A stretch of DNA of 64,000 bases from NCBI GenBank assembly GCA_963840855.1, contig CAWJBB010000033.1:62628-126627 (forward strand), written 5' to 3'. Source of the DNA: an uncultured delta proteobacterium. GTDB taxonomy: Bacteria > Desulfobacterota > Binatia > UBA9968. Shown here piece by piece: positions 55,465 to 64,000 of the stretch. The stretch's first letter is position 1, and each line of letters starts with the position of its first letter. Made by a program: the position numbers and the translations under genes. The notes beneath the pieces were generated by a model. The model was not told the DNA's origin, did not search any database, and worked only from the letters and a program-made list of their open reading frames with translations.

Positions 55465-56784
55465 TCAACTCGCGCCCTTGAGATCGGTCGTGAGGTATTG
55501 ATAGCGGTTTCTAAACTCATCAGGCGAGCAGAAATGCTTTTCTGACGATGCCGCCTGAGCCAGAATCCTCACTTTCTCTTCGTCCGCGAAATCCTCTTTT
55601 TCCAGGCGAATCATATATTCGCGGGCAATTTTATAGGACGGGGCATCGATGTCCACTCTGCGCACCGTGGTCTTGCCGGTAGCGGGGTTCAGCAAGCTCG
55701 CGAAGTCAAGATATTCGAGCTTGCCGTTGATCAGGGCAACCAGAGAGCCGGTGAGCTTTCTCGCAGCCGGATCGTGACTCAGCAACCATTCAATGGCGCC
55801 ATAACCGAGGGTGCGGACGTATTCGCAATCGAAAGCGATGGGCGGAGCCGAGCGCAGCTCATAGCCGATATTCTTGTGCACGACGGCGACGGGCGAACCG
55901 CGGCTCGAGAAGCGGCGTTCCACCAAGGTTTTCAGGATATAGGCGAGATCGACCTCGGCGAGACGCAAGTGGCCGTAGGCATCGTGGGTAATACTCACAC
56001 CTTCGATGCCGCTCAGTTCCTCCGGCAAGATCTGTTCCAACAAACCTTCGGCGATGACCGCAACGCCATCGGAGCGGCTCCATAGCGCTTTTCTTTTTAG
56101 AATCGCGCCTTCGAGAATATCACAAACTGTGCTTATCTTGACCGGACCGGGAAACTCCTCCGGTATGAGCGACAGCGTCGCGCCGGTGGCCTTGCCAATA
56201 CCGAGGGCAAGATGGCCGGCCGAGCGCCCCATCACCACGACGAAGTACCAGCGTCCGGTGGTGCGCGAGTCTTCCATGAGATTTCGCACCAGATCGCTGC
56301 CCAACTGGCGCGCGGTCTCGAATCCAAACGTGGGGATCTCGCCGGGCAGCGGCAAGTCGTTATCGATGGTTTTAGGCACATGGCAAACGCGGATCCGTCC
56401 GGCCGCCTGTTTGGCCACCTGGCTGGCCGCGAACATGGTGTCATCGCCGCCTATGGTGGCGAGACAGCCGATGCCGAGCTTATCCAACGCGGCTACGACT
56501 CGCTTTAGGTCTTCGGCTTTTTTAGTCGGATTGGCGCGTGACGTATTCAGAATAGAGCCACCGTGAAAGTGAATGCGCGACACGTCGTCATGCTCTAGGT
56601 CTTTCACGTGGCCCGTTTCACCCTTCATCAGCCACTGAAAGCCATCAGAAATGCCGATAACCCGGCGCGCTCGGGTGCGCGCTTCCAGGGTAATCGCGCT
56701 GATCACGCCATTAATGCCGGGCGCGGGTCCGCCACCCACGAGAACGCCGACATGGTTCTTACCGGCATTGGGAGGTTCGGCCAT
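55465..56784 (-). CDS. pfp: Pyrophosphate-dependent phosphofructokinase
   Basis: GGGPAPG, GGDD and PKTIDND (Asp/Lys diagnostic of PPi use), MGR. Confidence 0.9.
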   Translation of the reverse strand: MAEPPNAGKNHVGVLVGGGPAPGINGVISAITLEARTRARRVIGISDGFQWLMKGETGHVKDLEHDDVSRIHFHGGSILNTSRANPTKKAEDLKRVVAALDKLGIGCLATIGGDDTMFAASQVAKQAAGRIRVCHVPKTIDNDLPLPGEIPTFGFETARQLGSDLVRNLMEDSRTTGRWYFVVVMGRSAGHLALGIGKATGATLSLIPEEFPGPVKISTVCDILEGAILKRKALWSRSDGVAVIAEGLLEQILPEELSGIEGVSITHDAYGHLRLAEVDLAYILKTLVERRFSSRGSPVAVVHKNIGYELRSAPPIAFDCEYVRTLGYGAIEWLLSHDPAARKLTGSLVALINGKLEYLDFASLLNPATGKTTVRRVDIDAPSYKIAREYMIRLEKEDFADEEKVRILAQAASSEKHFCSPDEFRNRYQYLTTDLKGAS

Positions 56785-56853
56785 GGGTCGCACTCTGACA
56801 GTAGAATGTTGCTAGCTTATTAAAGCCCTTAAAGTTCTCTATGTAAAGGCCGT

Positions 56854-56870
56854 GGCGATTTTCATGCCGC
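56854..56870 (-). promoter_or_regulatory. Possible sigma54 promoter of pfp-gap-CBS
   Basis: GCGGCATGAAAATCGCC on the minus strand (GG-N10-GC). Confidence 0.4.
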
Positions 56871-57122
56871 AAGAAAATACTTCCAAATTAGCGGGCCGTG
56901 TAATCCCGGACAGTAGTTTTCGGTAAAAAAGCGAAGAATCGCCAGCTGGTATCTCAATCCTGAGAAAATATAACCGGCTGAACAGCTATCGGTGTATTGG
57001 CGATCAATTGCGAGAGATTCTTTGCGCGCAGCTGACAGCGGTTAATCGCGCGAGTTCGGAATGCTATTGACCTGGCTTTGCGGTGGACGGTTCTGCGAAA
57101 GGTATTTGCGTGACCCGTTCGG

Positions 57123-57527
57123 TCACCTCTGCAGCGTAGCGACATACTCGGCGATGATTTTAGCTTTCAGGAGAGACGTCAGCTCCGGGTATTTCTTTTT
57201 TTCCTTTTCCGTCAGGAAAACCTCGCCCCAGACCGGCATGTCACGCTCGCCGTGACCTTTGACGGTGCGGCGGCCGTCGATGGTCGCCATCACGTCGTCA
57301 AGGGGAAAGATGCCCTTGTTTTTTTTCCTGAGCAGAGTTAAATCGGTCGCCTTGATTTTGAGCTGCTTGGTCACGGGGCCGTTCCCTTTGCCGTCGGCGC
57401 CGTGGCACGAGGCGCAGTACTGGAGATACATTTGCTTACCAGCATCGGTCTCCGCGGCACGCGCCCCGGAGTAAAGAGCGCATAGAAACAATACCGGCGA
57501 AGTCAAAAGCAGAAGTGTTTTTGTCAT
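57123..57527 (-). CDS. Monoheme cytochrome c
   Basis: Signal peptide, CASCH, HG.RDMPVWG. Confidence 0.9.
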   Translation of the reverse strand: MTKTLLLLTSPVLFLCALYSGARAAETDAGKQMYLQYCASCHGADGKGNGPVTKQLKIKATDLTLLRKKNKGIFPLDDVMATIDGRRTVKGHGERDMPVWGEVFLTEKEKKKYPELTSLLKAKIIAEYVATLQR

Positions 57528-57732
57528 CCTCTTCTCCTTAACCGATTAGGACCTCCAAATCCAATTGCTGTCCGAAAGTAACTTAAATTTGGCAGAGAGG
57601 CAAAAACAATTCCTTGACTCTTTTCAACCAAAGCTGCAACGAGCGTTCTATCATCGTAAACATTTTGCACTTCTGACATGGGCGCATGGCTATCTTCGCA
57701 GATGTGAGAAGGCATAGCGCGGCTACTTTCGT

Positions 57733-57800
57733 AGAGATTTCCGTGCTTATGCTAGTGATGCGCCCTCCAGTGAGGGCCCAAATTGTGCTATTGGGTTTAC
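57733..57800. repeat. 68-bp tandem repeat unit; the second copy (57801-57823 plus 59215-59259) is split by the IS
   Basis: TGATGCGCCCTCCAGTGAGGGCCCAAATTGTGCTATT is present on both sides of the IS. Confidence 0.8.
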
Positions 57801-57823
57801 AGAGGTTTCCGTGCTCATGCTGG

Positions 57824-59206
57824 GAGCCGTTGTCAATAGGTGTGTAAAAGGATTTAGGCGGCGACCCTGTCATCTTGGATCTCTTCTCCGTCTATCGTAT
57901 CGTGTTCCATCAAGCGACTTTTTCAACCAACTGCGGTGCATTGAGTTTTCTGAAACTCATCTCGGCTACCATCATCGTCTTCCAGATCAAGCAGGTGGCA
58001 TTGACCTGGGATTTAAATCGTCCTTGAAGCTGCGGTTCTCAGCCTGCACCCGTGAGAAAGGAGATTCCACCACGTTGGAAGTCCGTAAGTGTTTCCAGTG
58101 CTCACGGGGAAAATCATAGTAAGTCGTCAGCCGCTCCCAGTTCTCCACCACCGTCTTGACCGCTTTGGGGTTGTGCCGAAAAGCTTGCTCGAATTTCTTT
58201 CGCTCCTTTAACGCTTCCTCGCGGCTCTCGGCATACATCATGGCGTTAAGATGCCTTTTGACTTCGACCTTGCTCCTTCTTGCTCACCGCATCCATCACA
58301 TTGAGCATCTTGTGATTCCAGCAAAGCTGCTCCTGGGCCTGGGGATAAACCTCCCCAACCGCAGCCCACAATCCGAGGTTGCCATCGCCGACAAACAGCC
58401 GGGCGCTTCTTAACCCCCGCGCTTTCAATTGCCTGAGCACCTCAAGCCCACGACTCCTTACTCTCTCGATACCCAGGCTCCAACGCTAAAAACCGCTTTG
58501 CTCCCATCCCTCTTGTACTCCTATCACCACCAATAACGCCGCCTTCTCCTTGCCGATCCCCGCTTTCACATAAATCCCATCCGCCCAAAGATACGCTAAG
58601 TCCTTCTCCTCAATCGGCGTGCTCTTCCACTGCTCGTATTCTCTCTCCCATTTCTCCTTGAGCCGCTGTAACGATGACGCCGATAGCGGCGCTCCTTCCC
58701 CCAACAACCCTCTGAGCGCCATCTCAAAATCTCCACTGGCTAACCCGTGCAAGATAAAGCTCCGGGATCAGATACGCGCACCTGCTTGGTCTGCCGCTTG
58801 AAACAACGGCAACACCTTCGAGACAAACCGCTCCCCCAAATCTCTCACCCGCGGCCGGCGAATCTCGATGGTCCCCAGGCTTAACGTAAACCGCCTCGTC
58901 TTGCCGTAACCGTTGCGATACCCGGGTTGTTCTAAAGGATTGATTCTTGCGCTCGCTCTTCTCTCGCCCCAACCATTCGGTGACTTCCTGCTCCAACAGA
59001 TCTTGCAAGTGCTCGCGGATCTTCTCACGAGCATATTCCTCCAGCTCCTCGTAACAAGATTCCCTTTGACTCATCTGCTCGCAATATGCTTCTCTTTCAT
59101 CGGCGTATCCTTTCTCTGCCTGCTCCAACAGGCAGCCTTTCGTTTTGGGTTTACGAAAGGGTACGCCTACCTATTTCTCTATTTCCACACTTTTTGATTA
59201 TAGCTC
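57824..59206 (-). mobile_element. IS256-family insertion sequence with a frameshifted transposase (about 57850-59130)
   Basis: GYRNGY, YLWADGIY, GDG..G, CWNHK and LRTSNVVES motifs; terminal IRs match at 18/25; 8-bp TSD CATGCTGG at 57816-57823 and 59207-59214. Confidence 0.92.
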
Positions 59207-59350
59207 CATGCTGGTGATGCGCCCTCCAGTGAGGGCCCAAATTGTGCTATTAGATTTATCGAGCAAGAGATATGCCGCGATGACGGAGAGGCGTGGATTG
59301 AAAGATCAGTTCAAAATACGGCCGGCCATCCCATCGGAGAATGATAAGCC

Positions 59351-59770
59351 GTGATTATCCTGGTGATCAATAGCGGCAGCTCGACGGTCAAGTTTCAGGT
59401 CATCGAGATCACGGGACGTAAACGGTGATCTGCGTCAGCAGCAAAAAGTTGCCCATGGCTTGGTGGACTGCATCGGCGCTGCGGCATCGTATCGAAGCTC
59501 AGGGCGTATCGGCCGACTCTTACTCCACAGCGGTGGGGGATCATGAAGAAGCGGTGCAGATAATCATTCACTGGCTGCGCTCTGGTGCGCCAGAAAATTT
59601 CCGCCGGCATGGAGTGGTGCGGGCTGAAATTGGATATTCGTCTCAACGCGACGGCGCCGCAGCACGACTGGAGCATCTGCGCTGAAGATGCAAAACTGCA
59701 AGCCTACGTGGTGCATACGGATGAAGAAGGGATCATCGCCCGCGAAACAGCGCGGCTCTGCGCGAAATGA
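59351..59770 (+). pseudogene. ackA: Acetate kinase remnant with a large internal deletion
   Basis: N-terminal ILVINSGSSTVKF and C-terminal GLKLD...VVHTDEE..IARE within about 420 bp. Confidence 0.8.
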
Positions 59771-60025
59771 AGAATTGGATTATCGTAGCCACTCGGCCGG
59801 GGCCGGCCGGTCACTGCCGCGATGATGCTAACCTTTGCGGATTTTTTCTTCGATTCCTGGTTTCAGCTCGAAACACCTCTCAGCAAATAATAATTCCTCG
59901 ACCCCTTGCACTCCCGCGAGCGGCGAGTTGATATAGATTGACGTTTGTACGCTTAGGATTAACTGAGAATATTTGAGTGTACCTCGCAATGGCGTGAGTT
60001 CCTTTATTAAGAGAGGTCGACCTAA

Positions 60026-61306
60026 ATGAATGCAAGCAACGGCCGCAGCAAGGGCAGGAGAGTGGCGGTAACTGGGCTCGGCGTGGTTAGCCCTAATGGC
60101 GTTGGATTGGAGAGCTACCAAGACTCCCTAAGAGAAGGGAGGGGTGGAATCGACACGATTGCCACCTTTGATGCCGGCTCTCTCTCGTGCCAGGTTGCGG
60201 GCGAGGTGAAAGACATCCGCCCGCAGGATTTCCTGCCTGCCAAAGAGCTCAAACGCACGGGCCGAGCGGTGCATCTCGCTATCCCAGCCGTCCATGAAGC
60301 ACTGCAGCGAGCTGGACTTTGCGTCAAACGCATGAGCCTGGAGGAAAAACAGTCATGGGGGGTGATTCTGGGAAGTGGCGGCGGCGCGCCCGACTTTCTT
60401 GAAGAGCAATTTCGACTGTATTACAGCGAGCGACTGCGCAAGCTCAGCGCCTACAATATCTCCAGCTCAACAATTGGTTCACTTTCAAGCGAGATCTCGA
60501 TTTACTTCGGTTTTCACGGCGCGAGCCACGTGATATCGACCGGTTGCACGAGCTCCACCGATGCGCTGGGTTACGCCTTCAACATGATCCGCTTCGGTTT
60601 GGCCGATCATATGGTCACCGGCGGCACCGACGCAACCATAACTCCGGCGGTGATGCAGGGTTTCTGCGTGATGCAAGTCGTGACGACGTCGCGCAACGAC
60701 GAGCCTGCCAAGGCATCGAGGCCCTTCGACCGCGGACGAGACGGTTTCGTCCTCGGTGAAGGCGCATGGATCCTGATTTTTGAAGAACGGGAGATGGCTC
60801 TCGCCCGAGGCGCGCGCATCTACGCCGAGGTCCTGGGCTATGGCTCGACCTGTGATGCCTATCACCGTGTGCGCCTCGATCCCGCGGCAGAGGAGCCCGC
60901 CCGCGCCATGACAAAGGCAATTGAAGACGCGGGCGTGGCCAAGGACGAAGTAGGCTACATCGCTCTCCATGGGACCTCCACGGTCCTGAACGATAAAACC
61001 GAGACGCTGGCGACGAAGTTATGTTTCGGTAAACGGGCGCGGGATATTCCGATGAGTTCTGTCAAGTCGATGATCGGCCATCCCCAAGGAGCTTCTGGCG
61101 TGGCGGGCGTCGTCGCGGCGATCTGCGGCATGAACGGCGGATTTCTACCACCGACGATTAACCTCGAAGAGTCCGACCCGGAATGTGACCTCAACTATAT
61201 TCCGAATGCCAGTGTCGCAAAATCGGTGGACGTTTCCCTATGTAACTGCATCGGCTTCGGGTCGAAGAATTCGGCGCTGGTAATTGAGCGTGGAGACATA
61301 CCGTGA
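60026..61306 (+). CDS. Beta-ketoacyl-ACP synthase II family (FabF-like)
   Basis: VAVTGLG, STGCTSS (Cys), HGTST, KSMIGH, GFGSKNS. Confidence 0.9.
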   Translation: MNASNGRSKGRRVAVTGLGVVSPNGVGLESYQDSLREGRGGIDTIATFDAGSLSCQVAGEVKDIRPQDFLPAKELKRTGRAVHLAIPAVHEALQRAGLCVKRMSLEEKQSWGVILGSGGGAPDFLEEQFRLYYSERLRKLSAYNISSSTIGSLSSEISIYFGFHGASHVISTGCTSSTDALGYAFNMIRFGLADHMVTGGTDATITPAVMQGFCVMQVVTTSRNDEPAKASRPFDRGRDGFVLGEGAWILIFEEREMALARGARIYAEVLGYGSTCDAYHRVRLDPAAEEPARAMTKAIEDAGVAKDEVGYIALHGTSTVLNDKTETLATKLCFGKRARDIPMSSVKSMIGHPQGASGVAGVVAAICGMNGGFLPPTINLEESDPECDLNYIPNASVAKSVDVSLCNCIGFGSKNSALVIERGDIP

Positions 61307-62004
61307 GACGGAGTTACGAGAAGGAGATGATAGATCTGCACAGCAACGAACCGGTCATGCTGGCGGAAGATTTATGTAATCTCCGGCTCCTGAATCGTTA
61401 TCTCTGCGGCCGCCGGTGCGTCATGCTCGGCTTGCGTCGGGCTTTGGGTCGAGAGCAGCTCAAGCACTTTTCTTTGCTCGATATCGGGACGGGGAGCGCG
61501 GATATTCCGGCGGCCATTTTGGCTTGGGGTAAAAGGATGGGGGTCGACGCGAATATTATCGGGCTTGAGGCCGATCCGATGACTGCGAGAATCGCCGCCG
61601 GTCGGACAAACGATTCGCCGGCTATCGCGATTGTTCAAGGAGATGCCGGCGCGCCGCCGTTTTTGCCCGGGTCGTTTGATTTCGTTGTGGCATCGCAGTT
61701 CCTGCACCATTTCCCGGATGAAAGGATTGTCGAGCTTTTGAGGCGTTGGGCGAAGCTCGCTCGCAAAGCCATCGTCATCAGTGATCTCATACGCCATCCT
61801 GTCGCGTATCACGGCATTCGCCTGCTAACATCCCTCATCACGCGCAACACCATGACACGCACGGATGCGCCGCTATCGGTACAGCGGGCATTAACGTTCA
61901 TGGAATGGCGAAATCTTTTGATGCGAGCGGCAATCGGTCCAATTGAAATGTTTTCGGTCTTTCCATTCCGCATGGCTGCCTGTGTCAATCTGGAAGGGCA
62001 TTGA
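61303..62004 (+). CDS. SAM-dependent methyltransferase
   Basis: LDIGTGSAD, FDFV...QFLHHF and D...SV.RA.T..EW motifs. Confidence 0.85.
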   Translation: MRRSYEKEMIDLHSNEPVMLAEDLCNLRLLNRYLCGRRCVMLGLRRALGREQLKHFSLLDIGTGSADIPAAILAWGKRMGVDANIIGLEADPMTARIAAGRTNDSPAIAIVQGDAGAPPFLPGSFDFVVASQFLHHFPDERIVELLRRWAKLARKAIVISDLIRHPVAYHGIRLLTSLITRNTMTRTDAPLSVQRALTFMEWRNLLMRAAIGPIEMFSVFPFRMAACVNLEGH

Positions 62005-62100
62005 TGCAGTTGATCAGATGTCGCCGTTATCGGTAGCGGTCCCTCGGGCGCGTCGCCAGCGATTACACTCGCGAAATTCGGTTATGGCGTTCTGCTAGTC
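62004..62100 (+). pseudogene. N-terminus of an FAD-dependent oxidoreductase truncated by an IS
   Basis: DVAVIGSGPSG...LAKFGYGVLLV Rossmann motif ending at the IS left end. Confidence 0.7.
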
Positions 62101-64000
62101 CGAAATTCTCGCCCGTTTTCTTTCCAATAGCAGTGTAATTCTTTGGTTTGTCAAGGCATTTGGGGTTTTGGCACCCGGCATGTGTTCCCATGTATGAGGC
62201 TTGCATTCAGTAGTAATATCTGCTATTGAGTTGCCATGTATATCGAAATAGTCCCGAACCGCGTTCCCCGCCCGCCGTGCTCCTGCGCGAGGGGTCGCGC
62301 GAAGGCAACAAGATCTGCAAACGCACGCTTGCCAACCTCACCGCTGGTAGCAGGCGGGCATCGATGCCCTTCGCCGCGTGCTCAAGGACGAGCCTGTGCT
62401 CAGCGCGCAGGATGCCTTTGTTGTTGAACGCTCGTTGCCTCATGGCCATGTGCAGGCAGTCCTGGAGGCGCTCAAGCGCATCGGCCTGGACACCTTGATC
62501 GGACAAGCGCTCGCGCGAGCGCGACCTGGTGCTGGCCATGATCGTGGAGCGGCTCATCCATCCGTGCTCGAAGTTGGCCACCACCCGGCTCTGGCACAGC
62601 AGCACCCTGGCTGAGGAATTACGGTGGGCGATGCCACCGAAGACGATCTGTACGAAGCGATGGATTGGCTGCTTGAGAGGCAATCGCGCATCGAGCACAA
62701 GCTTGCCGCCCGCCACCTGGGGCAGGGCGCGCAGGTGCTCTATGACGTCACCAGTAGCTACTACGAAGGGCGAACTTGCCCCTTGATGCGCTTTGGCCAT
62801 GACCGCGATGGTAAAACCGGTCGCCCCATTGTGGTCTACGGGGTATTGACCCATGCGCAAGGGCGCCCCATTGCCCTGCAAGTTTATCCGGGCAACACCG
62901 GGGACCCCAGTACCGTGCCCGATCAGGTGTACAAACTGCGCGAGCAGTTTGGTCTGCAACAGGTGGTGCTGGTGGGCGATCGTGGCATGCTCACGCAAAC
63001 GCAGATCGATAAGCTCAAGCAGTACCCGGGGCTGGGATGGATCAGCGCTACGCTCTTCGGCGATTCGGGACTTGGTCCAAGCCGGCACGTTGCAGCTCTC
63101 GTTGTTCGATGAACAGAATCTGGCCGAGATAAGTTCGCCTGAGTTTGCGGGCGAGCGGCTCATCGCCTGTCATAACCCGCTGCTGGCTGAGGAGCGGGCG
63201 CGCAAGCGCGAGGAGTTGCTCAAGGCTACTGAAAAGGCGCTCGAGCGCATTGCTCGCCAGGTGCACCGGCGCACCAAGACTCCTTTGACGGCAGCCGAGA
63301 TCGGCCAGAAAGCCGGCGCGGTGGTCAATCGCTTCAAGATGGGCAAGCACATGGAGTTGACGATCAAGGACGGCGCGTTTGGCTATGCGCGGCGGTCACA
63401 AAACATTGAACGCGAGGCCGCACTCGACGGTATCTATGTCATCCGCACCAGCGAACCGCCCAGTCGTCTATCGGCTGCGGATACGGTGCGCAGCTACAAG
63501 ATCTGGCGCAGGTGGAACGCGCCTTTCGCTGTCTAAAAGGCATCGATATTCTGGTGCGCCCGATTCGTCACCGCGACGAACAACGCGTCAAGGCACATCT
63601 GTTCTTGTGCATGCTTGCCTATTACGTGGAGTGGCATATGCGCAGGGCCCTCGCCCGCTTCTTCGACGACGAGCAACTGGATCAAGATCGTAAGACCCGC
63701 GATCCGGTGGCAGCGGCCAAGCCCTCTGCCTCGGCAAAAAAGAAAAAGGCTCTGCGTGTTACCACCGAGGGCCTGCCGATTCACAGCTTTAACTCTGTTG
63801 GCAGAACTCGCCACGCGTTGCCGCAACCGCTGCCGAATCAAGTCCGATCCCAAAAGCCCCACGCTCTCTCACCTTACCGAACCGACACCCCTGCAACAAC
63901 GAGCCTTCGAACTGCTACAACTGTTGCCAGTAACGGGAAGTTCGCATTCCTGAAACCGCACCTCAAATCAATACGTTAACTCTAAAACGCTGCGGGAACT
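62095..64000 (+). mobile_element. IS1634-family element with a frameshifted transposase (62236-63953); right end just beyond the window
   Basis: MYIEIVPNR...KRTLANL, LYDVTSSYYEG, VGDRGM, LDGIYVIRTS, ERAFR.LK and RVKAHLFLCMLAY motifs; the window end GCGGGAACT partly mirrors the left end CTAGTCCGAAATTCTCGC. Confidence 0.88.

Noticed and set aside
57733-59259. CRISPR repeats or a 44-bp target-site duplication
   Set aside because: Explained by a 68-bp tandem duplication split by an IS with an ordinary 8-bp TSD
59928-59941. FNR/CRP box upstream of the FabF-like gene
   Set aside because: TTGAT-N4-ATTGA matches the second half only 3/5, and no good boxes were found before the stress genes
205-63862. 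Numerous antisense and alternate-frame ORFs in the ORF track
   Set aside because: Shadow ORFs expected in GC-rich DNA, overlapping well-supported genes and lacking motifs
1-64000. Widespread frameshifts read as pseudogenisation or programmed frameshifting
   Set aside because: They affect many unrelated genes, often at homopolymers (e.g. ATGGATTTGAA at 2420), with few in-frame stops; long-read indel error is the simpler explanation

Overview
GC-rich bacterial window; the gene content and intergenic repeat style suggest Candidatus Binatia or a related deltaproteobacterium (inference). Many genes are split by single-base indels, most likely long-read errors. Five blocks: (1) 1-16.3 kb, acyl-CoA/aromatic catabolism (thiolase + OB-fold, four crotonases including a hydroxycinnamoyl-CoA hydratase-lyase-like enzyme, acyl-CoA ligase, fused family III CoA-transferase, acyl-CoA dehydrogenase, orphan solute-binding proteins). 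(2) 16.3-21.8 kb, a CheB/CheR-PAS hybrid kinase and an alternative RpoD-like sigma factor. (3) 22.9-36.9 kb, a glycoconjugate cluster behind a sigma54-type promoter (GH-A/GT2 fusion, ABC exporter, four methyltransferases, ChbG deacetylase, ArnT-like GT, SGNH protein) with gene remnants. (4) 37-40.2 kb, a YddA/BacA-like ABC transporter and an orphan DndB (DGQHR) gene whose promoter is overlaid by six SAGCTS sites at an exact 22-bp period; this is the most striking unexplained signal. (5) 40.4-64 kb, stress and carbon-metabolism genes (SPFH, xfp, USP, Hsp20-Lon, CBS, gap, pfp, cytochrome c, ackA remnant), an IS256 element with TSD, and a FabF-methyltransferase-flavoprotein trio cut by an IS1634 element. 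No rRNA, tRNA or CRISPR array was recognised.
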